Under the pieces are notes generated by a model. That model was not told where the DNA came from. It searched no databases and saw only the letters and a list, made by a program, of their open reading frames with translations. A program made the position numbers and the translations under genes. Below, one piece after another: positions 15,084 to 24,001 of a DNA stretch of 26,907 bases. Position 1 is the stretch's first letter. Every line of letters begins with the position of its first letter. The DNA lies in IMG/VR virus record IMGVR_UViG_2778261676_000004. One strand, written 5' to 3'. The stretch comes from a virus (Duplodnaviria; Heunggongvirae; Uroviricota; Caudoviricetes).

Positions 15084-16133
15084 GTGCGGGTATTAGTGAC
15101 TCCTGAAATTGCTCACCGTCTGGGGATTGTACTTTTCAGGCCCGGTCCTGATGCGATGCCTTTGTTTATGCAGGGGCGTGTGCTGGTGGAGCCTGAACCG
15201 AAAAGCATGCGCAATCTGCCGCCCGGTGTCGTTCCTGCCGTTCGCCAGCCGCTGGCGGAAGATAAATCATTACTGCCATTTTTCAGCGATGAGCGGGTGA
15301 TTCGTGCTGCTGGTGGCACTGGTGCACTGTCTGACTGGCTGTTACGCCACGTTAAATCCTGCCAGTGGCCTCATGGAGACTATCACCATAGTGAAACCGT
15401 CATACATCGTTACGGTACCGGCGCAATGGTGTTGTGCTGGCACTGTGACAACCAGCTGCGTGACCAGACCTCCGAATCACTCGGGCAGCTTGCTCAACAA
15501 AATCTGACAGCCTGGATGATTGACGTCATACGTCACGCAATAAGCGGTACACAGGAGCGGGAATTATCGCTGGCTGAATTATCCTGGTGGGCGGTCTGTA
15601 ATCAGGTAGCGGACGCACTACCGGAGGTAGTATTACGTCGTTCTCTGGGGTTACGTGCGGAAAAAATCCGCTCTGTGTACCGCGAGAGCGACATCGTACC
15701 GGGAGAGCAGACAGCCACCAGCATACTGAAGCAGCGCACAAAAAATTTTGCGTCGTTGCCTCGCGCCCACCAGCAACCGAACCCACCACAGGAAAAGACG
15801 GTTGTAAGTATCACAGTTGATCCGGAGTCACCGGAATCTTTCATGAAGCGGCCTAAACGTCGTCGCTGGGTGAATGAGAAATACACGCGCTGGGTAAAAA
15901 CACAGCCGTGTACGTGTTGTGGTAAGCCAGCAGACGATCCCCATCACCTGATTGGTCACGGTCAGGGCGGAATGGGGACAAAAGCCCACGATATTTTTAC
16001 GTTGCCGCTGTGCCGGGAACATCACAACGAACTTCATGCAGATCCGCAGGCGTTCGAAGAAAAGCATGGTTCTCAGGTTGATTTAATTTTTCGTTTTCTT
16101 GATCACGCCTTTGCAACAGGCGTACTCGGATAA
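15084..16133 (+). CDS. DUF968-like prophage protein with C-terminal HNH-like Cys/His motif
   Basis: 349 aa; GTG start with GGAGG RBS; C-terminal CTCCGKPADDPHHLIGHGQGGMGTKAHDIFTLPLCREHHNELH resembles an HNH/zinc-finger nuclease signature; overall like YdfU-type proteins of E. coli prophages (recalled). Confidence 0.75.
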   Translation: MRVLVTPEIAHRLGIVLFRPGPDAMPLFMQGRVLVEPEPKSMRNLPPGVVPAVRQPLAEDKSLLPFFSDERVIRAAGGTGALSDWLLRHVKSCQWPHGDYHHSETVIHRYGTGAMVLCWHCDNQLRDQTSESLGQLAQQNLTAWMIDVIRHAISGTQERELSLAELSWWAVCNQVADALPEVVLRRSLGLRAEKIRSVYRESDIVPGEQTATSILKQRTKNFASLPRAHQQPNPPQEKTVVSITVDPESPESFMKRPKRRRWVNEKYTRWVKTQPCTCCGKPADDPHHLIGHGQGGMGTKAHDIFTLPLCREHHNELHADPQAFEEKHGSQVDLIFRFLDHAFATGVLG

Positions 16134-16145
16134 AAGAGGTTACTG

Positions 16146-16517
16146 ATGGGGATAGAATTTGTTTTGCCTTACCCGCCAACGGTGAACACCTACTGGCGAC
16201 GTCGTGGCAGCACATATTTTGTATCAAAAGCCGGTGAGCGTTATCGCCGTGATGTGGCGCTTATTGTTCGCCAGCAGCGACTGAAATTAAACCTGTCCGG
16301 AAGGCTGGCAATAAAAATTATTGCAGAGCCACCGGATAAGCGCCGCCGCGACCTGGACAATATCCTGAAGGCACCACTGGATGCGCTGACGCATGCCGGA
16401 CTACTTATAGACGACGAGCAGTTTGATGAAATCAATATTGTGCGCGGACTGCCTGTTCCTGGTGGGCGGTTGGGCGTGAAGATTTACGAAATTACAGGTG
16501 ATAACGATGGTGCGTGA
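16146..16517 (+). CDS. rusA: RusA-family Holliday junction resolvase
   Basis: 123 aa; [21 protein letters not shown] ... [26 protein letters not shown] is the RusA signature as I recall it; RBS AAGAGG. Confidence 0.9.
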   Translation: MGIEFVLPYPPTVNTYWRRRGSTYFVSKAGERYRRDVALIVRQQRLKLNLSGRLAIKIIAEPPDKRRRDLDNILKAPLDALTHAGLLIDDEQFDEINIVRGLPVPGGRLGVKIYEITGDNDGA

Positions 16518-16893
16518 TATTCAGCAGGTTATGGAGCGGTGGGGAGCATGGGCTGCGAACAATCACGAAGATGTGTCATGGGCGTCAATCGCTGCTGGTT
16601 TTAAAGGATTAATCCCGCCGAAAGTGAAATCACGCCCTCAGTGTTCTGATGATGATGCAATGATAATTTGTGGCTGTATGGCCCGGTTGAACAAGAAAAA
16701 TCAGGATTTGCACGATTTGTTGGTGGATTATTACGTAGGTGGAATGACTTTTATGGGGTTGGCACGAAAGCATGGGTGTTCGGATACCTGTATTGGCAAG
16801 CGCCTGCAGAAAGCGGAAGGGGTTATTGATGGCATGTTGATGATGCTTGATATCCGACTGGAGATGGACAGATACGTAGAACGAATCATGTAG
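16507..16893 (+). CDS. Late-gene antiterminator Q (QuuD-like)
   Basis: [36 protein letters not shown]...[14 protein letters not shown] closely matches my recollection of E. coli DLP12 QuuD; overlaps the rusA 3' end by 11 nt. Confidence 0.85.
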   Translation: MVRDIQQVMERWGAWAANNHEDVSWASIAAGFKGLIPPKVKSRPQCSDDDAMIICGCMARLNKKNQDLHDLLVDYYVGGMTFMGLARKHGCSDTCIGKRLQKAEGVIDGMLMMLDIRLEMDRYVERIM

Positions 16894-16897
16894 GAGC

Positions 16898-16927
16898 TTG
16901 ACCAGACACATTGTCCGGGGCTATATT
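16898..16927 (+). promoter_or_regulatory. Candidate late promoter (PR'-like) just downstream of Q
   Basis: TTGACC (16898-16903), 18-bp spacer, TATATT (16922-16927); followed by a structured leader and a hairpin terminator. Confidence 0.35.
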
Positions 16928-16987
16928 CCTCACGCGCCAGCAAAATCTGGCGTCGGGATTGGCGTCCCGGATGAAAAAGGCGACAAC

Positions 16988-17010
16988 AGACGCGCCAGCG
17001 TCTTTTTTAT
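16988..17010 (+). terminator. Leader terminator (tR'-like) downstream of the candidate late promoter
   Basis: AGACGC GCCA GCGTCT followed by TTTTTTAT. Confidence 0.55.
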
Positions 17011-17166
17011 TGTCGTTTGCACTGTCACATCTCAATGGTGGGCTGTGTGGGGGCGGAGCGATCCGCGCCGGTTCCTTTTTCCCGGTTACGCCAACCCTGC
17101 ACAGTTCACCACCATACTGATTGGCGTCAGCAGTGGTGATGATTCACATAGAAAAAGGATCATCCT

Positions 17167-17655
17167 ATGGCTATTCAAATCTCAGTTGAAACTCTTTCCC
17201 CGATCACCCATAACCAAATCCCTGTCATTACTACCGAGCTTTTGGCACAACTTTATGGCACCGAAACTAATAACATCAAAGTGAACTATACACGCAATGC
17301 CGAGCGTTTTGTTTGTGGGAAACACTACTTCAAATTGGAAGGGGCTGAGTTGCGGGAATTTAAGAACAAGGTTACTCAAAGTAACTTAGTTGCACCGCGT
17401 ACAAAGCACCTCATCCTCTGGACAGAACGCGGAGCAGCCCGTCACGCCAAAATGCTGGAAACCGATCAGGCGTGGGAAGTGTTCGAAAAACTGGAAGACT
17501 GTTATTTCAGCCAAAAACAACCACCAGCAGCACAAAACACCCCAACCCAAAATGATGGATGCGCATTACTGATCCACTTCGATAAACACGGTCAGGTCGA
17601 CTTCACGGAAAAACTACCCGCCGATGCGATGGTATGCACTCTGGAACGGTTTTAA
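17167..17655 (+). CDS. ORF6N-domain protein (antirepressor-like cargo)
   Basis: 162 aa; VITTELLAQLYGTETNNIKVNYTRNAERFVCGKHYFKLEGAELREFK fits the ORF6N pattern as recalled. Confidence 0.75.
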   Translation: MAIQISVETLSPITHNQIPVITTELLAQLYGTETNNIKVNYTRNAERFVCGKHYFKLEGAELREFKNKVTQSNLVAPRTKHLILWTERGAARHAKMLETDQAWEVFEKLEDCYFSQKQPPAAQNTPTQNDGCALLIHFDKHGQVDFTEKLPADAMVCTLERF

Positions 17656-17730
17656 AAATTTTCCCCGAACGCTTTACGATCGTAAAAAGTTGAATATCCT
17701 GTTAAGAGTGGTTACTACGCCAAACAGCTT

Positions 17731-17757
17731 AAACCCGCCACTGAGCGGGTTTTTTAT
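17731..17757 (+). terminator. Rho-independent terminator
   Basis: AAACCCGC CACTGA GCGGGTTT followed by TTTTTAT. Confidence 0.75.
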
Positions 17758-17877
17758 GCCTGAAAAACGGTACAGGACGTTAAACGCGCTGGTGGTTGCG
17801 AATACTGGTCTTTCGGCTTGTATTTTTGTAAATCGATATATACTTATCTTGTGACCAGTAATGTCAGGGCAATTGAT

Positions 17878-18621
17878 ATGAATGAAGCTTGTTCTGTTGT
17901 TTTTGTTCATTCCCCGTTTGTTGTGCTCTTTGAAGGAAAAGAGCTCTCTCTGGAAAGTGGTAGTGCACTTCTTGTCAGGGGGGGAGCTGGATCGTTATTG
18001 CCCTTTTCGGAATGTTTTCGGCGAATAAGTCTCAGTGAATCGACAATTATCCGTTACCTGTTGTGTGGAGACGAAAAACAGGATGTAGTTTTAGTCCGGC
18101 AAATACCACGATATCTTTGCGTGAGTTTTCCCAAGGCAGAATTGATGGGCATCCTGATTGATTATCTTTGTGAGGAAAAGATTCATACGGACAATTTAGC
18201 GGAAATGCTTTCCTTTTCGTGTCTGGCGTTTTTCTCATCAGAGAAAATGTTTTCGTCGTTTCTGACCGCGTGTATTGGCAATATTAGTGACAGGCTTAGT
18301 GCATTGTTTCGTACGGACATTGCAGCAAACTGGACTCTGAGAGATGTGTCTTCGCGGTTATGTATCAGTGAAAGTTTGTTAAAAAAAAGACTGAAAGAAG
18401 AAGGCACCTGTTTCAGTGAGTTGTTGCTTACAGAGAGAATGAGAATGGCAGCAATGCTGTTGAATCAATCTCGTTGCGCCATCAACAGAATCGCTGCTCA
18501 GTGTGGCTATAATTTTACATCTTATTTTATCAGCGTATTCAGGAGTTATTTTGGTGTTACACCGGCAGGTTACAGGATGGCTGCATTCAATGAGATGAGT
18601 TTAAGTGTTACTCAAGAATAA
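17878..18621 (+). CDS. AraC-family transcriptional regulator (prophage cargo)
   Basis: C-terminal AraC-type HTH WTLRDVSSRLCISESLLKKRLKEEG ... CGYNFTSYFISVFRSYFGVTPAGYR; AT-rich gene; start assigned to the first ATG (17878), the track ORF opens at an upstream TTG. Confidence 0.75.
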   Translation: MNEACSVVFVHSPFVVLFEGKELSLESGSALLVRGGAGSLLPFSECFRRISLSESTIIRYLLCGDEKQDVVLVRQIPRYLCVSFPKAELMGILIDYLCEEKIHTDNLAEMLSFSCLAFFSSEKMFSSFLTACIGNISDRLSALFRTDIAANWTLRDVSSRLCISESLLKKRLKEEGTCFSELLLTERMRMAAMLLNQSRCAINRIAAQCGYNFTSYFISVFRSYFGVTPAGYRMAAFNEMSLSVTQE

Positions 18622-18762
18622 TTGAATTTTGCACTCATTGAAAACAGGCTCGCTGCGGCGGGCCTTTTTTATATCCGCGCCACGTCCGGCGCACATCACA
18701 TCAGATAACACCACACAAAAGGTATCTGCGGGTGCCTTTGACGGGGTGTTGTTTTTTTACGG

Positions 18763-18790
18763 GCCGACAGTGGCCCTTTTTTATTTACAG
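18763..18790 (+). terminator. Hairpin with T-run upstream of the lysis genes
   Basis: GGGCC GACAGT GGCCC followed by TTTTTTATTT. Confidence 0.5.
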
Positions 18791-18800
18791 GAGAAAAAGT

Positions 18801-19193
18801 ATGTCTGAACCCTTATCCGGTTCCGGCACGGCTGCGGCGCTCGGCGGGGCGACGGTATTCGGGCTGTTTACCGGAACGGATTTCGGGATTGTGTTTGGCG
18901 CATTTGCCGGGGCGCTGTTTGTGGCCACAATGCCGCAGGCACTATCTGCCTGGCGTGTGGCAGCGCATTTTCTGGTGTCGTTTATCGTTGGCGTGCTGGG
19001 TGCGCATGTGCTGTCAGCCTGGATTGCATCAAAAACAGGTTATGACGGTACATCGGCGGATGCACTGTGTGCGGTGCTGGTGGCGGTGGTGTCGGTGAAG
19101 ATTCTCTCGTTCATCCACCAGCAGGATATTGCATCGCTGGTGTCTGGCCTGTTCTCCCGCCTGCGGGGTGGAGGAGGCGGCAATGTTAAGTAA
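18801..19193 (+). CDS. Holin-like multi-pass membrane protein
   Basis: ATG 18801 with AGGAG RBS; several Gly/Ala-rich hydrophobic segments; first gene of a three-gene cassette ending in an endolysin. Confidence 0.65.
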   Translation: MSEPLSGSGTAAALGGATVFGLFTGTDFGIVFGAFAGALFVATMPQALSAWRVAAHFLVSFIVGVLGAHVLSAWIASKTGYDGTSADALCAVLVAVVSVKILSFIHQQDIASLVSGLFSRLRGGGGGNVK

Positions 19194-19461
19194 CCTTCCC
19201 GGATTGCTGAATGTGGCGTTATGCACGGTTATCGTGCTGACGCTCTTTTTTTATCGTCGTCGTGATTCCAGACATAAACCGCTGATGTCATGGCTGGCCT
19301 GGTTGCTGATGCTGCTGTATGCCTTTGCGCCCCTCAGCTATCTGTGTGGTCGCCCGTTAGCAACGGGCTGGCTGGAAGTGTTTTTTAACCTGCTGTTCTG
19401 CGTGCTGGTGGTTCGTGCTCGTGGGAACGTTTCAAAAATCTTTGTATTACGAAGGCGCTGA
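19183..19461 (+). CDS. Second lysis-cassette membrane protein (holin/antiholin-like)
   Basis: ATG 19183 with GGAGG RBS, overlapping the end of the previous gene; hydrophobic segments LLNVALCTVIVLTLFFY and LAWLLMLLYAFAPL; basic C-terminus. Confidence 0.55.
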   Translation: MLSNLPGLLNVALCTVIVLTLFFYRRRDSRHKPLMSWLAWLLMLLYAFAPLSYLCGRPLATGWLEVFFNLLFCVLVVRARGNVSKIFVLRRR

Positions 19462-19462
19462 G

Positions 19463-20008
19463 ATGAAGTCGAAAGATGAAATTTTTGATGCTGTTCTTGG
19501 CAAAGAGGGCGGCTACGTCAACCACCCTGATGATAAAGGTGGTCCGACTAAATGGGGCATTACTGGAAAAGTTGCCCGTGCACACGGTTATCAGGGGGAT
19601 ATTCGTGACCTGACGCGTGGGCAGGCCCTCGAAATTCTTGAAGCGGACTACTGGTACGGGCCACGTTTTCACAAGGTTGCGAGCCTGTCTCCGGAGATCG
19701 CTGCTGAATTGTGTGATACCGGCGTAAACATGGGGCCGTCAGTGGCATCCAGAATGCTTCAGCGCTGGCTTAATGTATTTAACCAGAAAGGAGAGTTGTA
19801 TCCGGACATTGATGCAGATGGTTGTATCGGCCCACGTACCATTAATGCGTTACGCGCCTATTTGTCAAAACGTGGCAGGGATGGTGAGTTGGTGATTCTG
19901 ACAGCGCTAAACTGTACGCAGGGAGATCGCTACCTTGAACTGGCAGAAAAACGTGAGGCTAATGAATCGTTCGTGTATGGCTGGATGAAAGAGCGCGTGG
20001 TGGTGTAG
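19463..20008 (+). CDS. Endolysin, GH108-type lysozyme with C-terminal peptidoglycan-binding domain
   Basis: MKSKDEIFDAVLGKEGGYVNHPDDKGGPTKWGIT matches the GH108 N-terminal signature as recalled. Confidence 0.8.
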   Translation: MKSKDEIFDAVLGKEGGYVNHPDDKGGPTKWGITGKVARAHGYQGDIRDLTRGQALEILEADYWYGPRFHKVASLSPEIAAELCDTGVNMGPSVASRMLQRWLNVFNQKGELYPDIDADGCIGPRTINALRAYLSKRGRDGELVILTALNCTQGDRYLELAEKREANESFVYGWMKERVVV

Positions 20009-20325
20009 TTGGCATTAATGAGGCCAGTAAATCCAACCTGCGGTTAGCTTGTTATTAGACTTACCGAACAAGAAAAACGACTGGAGAAAGAGTTCGGTTT
20101 TTATACCAAACAAAGAGGAGAATATGAATCAGTGAGTACAGAGAAAAATCCTCGGCAGATCGTATAAATCTTCTTTTAAAGCCGTCCGTTATGAAAGGAA
20201 TAGAAAAGAAAGTAACTGCACGTCTTTATGTGACACGGTCTGCTTTTGCTATTTTTCTTTTGGAGGTTGTTATTTGCGCATCAAGTGCAGATAGAGTTGC
20301 CCATCGAGATGGGCAACTTATGATA

Positions 20326-20619
20326 TTATTGTGAGCAATATACCCGAGCTTCCAGCGGAGTATAAATGCCGAAAGTGATAAAACCGAGCAATCCATTTAC
20401 GAATGTTTGCTGGGTTTCAGTCTTAACAACTTTTTCTGCGCCACCACAAATTTTGGCTGCATCGACAGTTTTCTTCTGACCAATTCCAGAAACGAAGAAA
20501 TGATGAGTGATGGTTTCCTTCGGTGTTACTGTTGTCGGTTGGTTTTCAACAGTAAACGTCTGTTGAGCACATCCAGAGATAAGCAGGGCCAGCGTGAAAG
20601 TGAGTAGCGTTTTTTTCAT
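20326..20619 (-). CDS. bor: Bor/Iss-family outer-membrane lipoprotein
   Basis: 97 aa; MKKTLLTFTLALLISGCAQQTFTV ... ARVYCSQ nearly identical to my recollection of lambda Bor; lipobox LISGC; palindrome GTTGCCCATCGAGATGGGCAAC (20297-20318) just 3' of the stop. Confidence 0.9.
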   Translation of the reverse strand: MKKTLLTFTLALLISGCAQQTFTVENQPTTVTPKETITHHFFVSGIGQKKTVDAAKICGGAEKVVKTETQQTFVNGLLGFITFGIYTPLEARVYCSQ

Positions 20620-20843
20620 AGTGTTATTCCCGTTGTGTTTTTAAGGTTGTTGAATCGTATTTGTAGAAATTTAAACAAAACCTAAACAATGAGTTGAAAT
20701 CTCATATTTTTAATGTTTATTAAAGTATGCCAGATGTGCTGTATTTTCATTGTATTCCCGGATTAACTATGTCCTCAGTACCGACTGGTAACTCCTGTGT
20801 GGGAGTGCCGGATAGTGAGGGGGATTAAACCGGGCGATATGGT

Positions 20844-21254
20844 TTAGCGTGGAAAAAATTGTGTCGTGTTCTGAATGCTTTCGGTAAACAATAATGAGTT
20901 GTCAAAGGTATAGTAATACCTTTTGTGTTCATGGACATTTGTAACCCATCGGAAAACTCCAGCCTTAGCCAGATTTTCCCTGTATTCATGAAATGTGATT
21001 TCTCTTGATTTCAACTTATGAGAGTAAGTTTCTATAAGTCGCGTGTCTCTGCGAAATTTAACATTCACAACCTCCTCAAGTCCTTTTATTAACACTGCGT
21101 TATCATTTTTCAATACAACGTGAATATTACCTGTGGCTAAATAGTAAATGTAATGTGAGACATTGTGACGTTTTAGTTCAGAGTAAAATCGGTCACAGTT
21201 TAAATCTTTCCGCACTTGATCAAATATTTCTTTAAAAAGGGCAACCTGAGCCAT
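20844..21254 (-). CDS. YbcV-like (DUF1398-type) prophage protein
   Basis: 136 aa, the size I recall for DLP12 YbcV; lies between bor and the former packaging region as in lambdoid genomes. Confidence 0.65.
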   Translation of the reverse strand: MAQVALFKEIFDQVRKDLNCDRFYSELKRHNVSHYIYYLATGNIHVVLKNDNAVLIKGLEEVVNVKFRRDTRLIETYSHKLKSREITFHEYRENLAKAGVFRWVTNVHEHKRYYYTFDNSLLFTESIQNTTQFFPR

Positions 21255-21369
21255 CAGTATAACCTTGTATATGATATGGGGTGCGTAGTCTGCATGAGAG
21301 CTTTTAATACTGCAATCTGGTCAGATGTCTTTATCCTGTGTGGATGATAATTGATCTTACCCAGCAATA

Positions 21370-23256
21370 GTGGACACGCGGCTATGCGATGCCCGCCGGG
21401 CGTTACATGAACTGATGATCGGACGTGCTGTGGTTTCCGTCAGCAAGGACGGGCGTCAGGTTCAGTATTCGCGGGCGACAATTGGTGAACTGCGTCAGTA
21501 TATTGAAGAGCTGGAAAGTGCGCTGGGTGTATGGGGGCTGAAGCTGCCGACGCTGCGCCAGCGACTGTTCCGCTGCGTGAGTATCCGTGAGAACGACGAC
21601 GGCACGTATGCCATCACCGCCGTGCAGCATGTGCCGGAAAAAGAGGCCATCGTGGATAACGGGGCGCACTTTGACGGCGAACAGAGTGGCACGGTGAATG
21701 GTGTCACGCCGCCAGCGGTGCAGCACCTGACCGCAGAAGTCACTGCAGACAGCGGGGAATATCAGGTGCTGGCGCGATGGGACACACCGAAGGTGGTGAA
21801 GGGCGTGAGCTTCCTGCTCCGTCTGACCGTAACAGCGGACGACGGCAGTGAGCGGCTGGTCAGCACGGCCCGGACGACGGAAACCACATACCGCTTCACG
21901 CAACTGGCGCTGGGGAACTACAGGCTGACAGTCCGGGCGGTAAATGCGTGGGGGCAGCAGGGCGATCCGGCGTCGGTATCGTTCCGGATTGCCGCACCGG
22001 CAGCACCGTCGAGGATTGAGCTGACGCCGGGCTATTTTCAGATAACCGCCACGCCGCATCTTGCCGTTTATGACCCGACGGTACAGTTTGAGTTCTGGTT
22101 CTCGGAAAAGCAGATTGCGGATATCAGACAGGTTGAAACCAGCGCGCGTTATCTTGGTACGGCGCTGTACTGGATAGCCGCCAGTATCAATATCAAACCG
22201 GGCCATGATTATTACTTTTATATCCGCAGTGTGAACACCGTTGGCAAATCGGCATTCGTGGAGGCCGTCGGTCGGGCGAGCGATGATGCGGAAGGTTACC
22301 TGGATTTTTTCAAAGGCAAGATAACCGAATCCCATCTCGGCAAGGAGCTGCTGGAAAAAGTCGAGCTGACGGAGGATAACGCCAGCAGACTGGAGGAGTT
22401 TTCGAAAGAGTGGAAGGACGCCAACGATAAGTGGAATGCCATGTGGGCTGTCAAAATTGAGCAGACCAAAGACGGCAAACATTATGTCGCGGGTATTGGC
22501 CTCAGCATGGAGGACACGGAGGAAGGCAAACTGAGCCAGTTTCTGGTTGCCGCCAATCGTATCGCGTTTATTGACCCGGCAAACGGGAATGAAACGCCGA
22601 TGTTTGTGGCGCAGGGCAACCAGATATTCATGAACGACGTGTTCCTGAAGCGCCTGACGGCCCCCACCATTACCAGCGGCGGCAATCCTCCGGCCTTTTC
22701 CCTGACACCGGACGGAAAGCTGACCGCTAAAAATGCGGATATCAGTGGCAGTGTGAATGCGAACTCCGGGACGCTCAGTAATGTGACGATAGCTGAAAAC
22801 TGTACGATAAACGGTACGCTGAGGGCGGAAAAAATCGTCGGGGACATTGTAAAGGCGGCGAGCGCGGCTTTTCCGCGCCAGCGTGAAAGCAGTGTGGACT
22901 GGCCGTCAGGTACCCGTACTGTCACCGTGACCGATGACCATCCTTTTGATCGCCAGATAGTGGTGCTTCCGCTGACGTTTCGCGGAAGTAAGCGTACTGT
23001 CAGCGGCAGGACAACGTATTCGATGTGTTATCTGAAAGTACTGATGAACGGTGCGGTGATTTATGATGGCGCGGCGAACGAGGCGGTACAGGTGTTCTCC
23101 CGTATTGTTGACATGCCAGCGGGTCGGGGAAACGTGATCCTGACGTTCACGCTTACGTCCACACGGCATTCGGCAGATATTCCGCCGGATACGTTTGCCA
23201 GCGATGTGCAGGTTATGGTGATTAAGAAACAGGCGCTGGGCATCAGCGTGGTCTGA
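21370..23256 (+). pseudogene. Deletion remnant: gpW-like N-terminus fused in frame to the C-terminal part of tail tip protein J
   Basis: First ~55 residues ([42 protein letters not shown]) resemble lambda gpW; the remainder matches the lambda J C-terminus ending ...[10 protein letters not shown] as recalled; ORF opens at GTG right after an in-frame TAG; no terminase, portal, capsid or tail genes anywhere in the window. Confidence 0.65.
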
Positions 23257-23317
23257 GTGTGTTACAGAGGTTCGTCCGGGAACGGGCGTTTTATTATAAA
23301 ACAGTGAGAGGTGAACG

Positions 23318-23937
23318 ATGCGTAATGTGTGTATTGCCGTTGCTGTCTTTGCCGCACTTGCGGTGACAGTCACTCCGGCCCGTGCGGAAGGTGGACATGG
23401 TACGTTTACGGTGGGCTATTTTCAGGTGAAACCGGGTACATTGCCGTCGTTGTCGGGCGGGGATACCGGTGTGAGTCATCTGAAAGGGATTAACGTGAAG
23501 TACCGTTATGAGCTGACGGACAGTGTGGGGTGATGGCTTCCCTGGGGTTCGCCGCGTCGAAAAAGAGCAGCACAGTGATGACCGGGGAGGATACGTTTCA
23601 CTATGAGAGCCTGCGTGGACGTTATGTGAGCGTGATGGCCGGACCGGTTTTACAAATCAGTAAGCAGGTCAGTGCGTACGCCATGGCCGGAGTGGCTCAC
23701 AGTCGGTGGTCCGGCAGTACAAGGGATTACCGTAAGACGGAAATCACTCCCGGGTATATGAAAGAGACGACCACCGCCAGGGACGAAAGTGCAATGCGGC
23801 ATACCTCAGTGGCGTGGAGTGCAGGTATACAGATTAATCCGGCAGCGTCCGTCGTTGTTGATATTGCTTATGAAGGCTCCGGCAGTGGCGACTGGCGTAC
23901 TGACGGATTCATCGTTGGGGTCGGTTATAAATTCTGA
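23318..23937 (+). pseudogene. lom: lom (Ail/Lom outer-membrane protein), frameshifted
   Basis: Track ORFs 23318-23533 and 23530-23937 together match lambda Lom as recalled; they are in different frames, broken at the G4 run 23527-23530 (AGTGTGGGGTGATGG); one extra G would restore a single ORF. Confidence 0.75.
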
Positions 23938-23964
23938 TTAGCCAGGTAACACAGTGTTATGACA

Positions 23965-23990
23965 GCCCGCCGGAACCGGTGGGCTTTTTT
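23965..23990 (+). terminator. Rho-independent terminator after lom
   Basis: GCCCGCCGG AACC GGTGGGC followed by TTTTTTG. Confidence 0.6.
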
Positions 23991-24001
23991 GTGGGGTGAA
24001 T

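Noticed and set aside
21255-21369. A cos site between ybcV and the W::J remnant
   Set aside because: The lambda cohesive-end sequence GGGCGGCGACCT, or its complement, is not present in this interval; the packaging site appears to be deleted or divergent.
21403-22482. 359-aa minus-strand ORF overlapping the W::J remnant
   Set aside because: Entirely antisense to a sequence that matches tail protein J; Arg/Pro/Cys-rich composition typical of a spurious frame.
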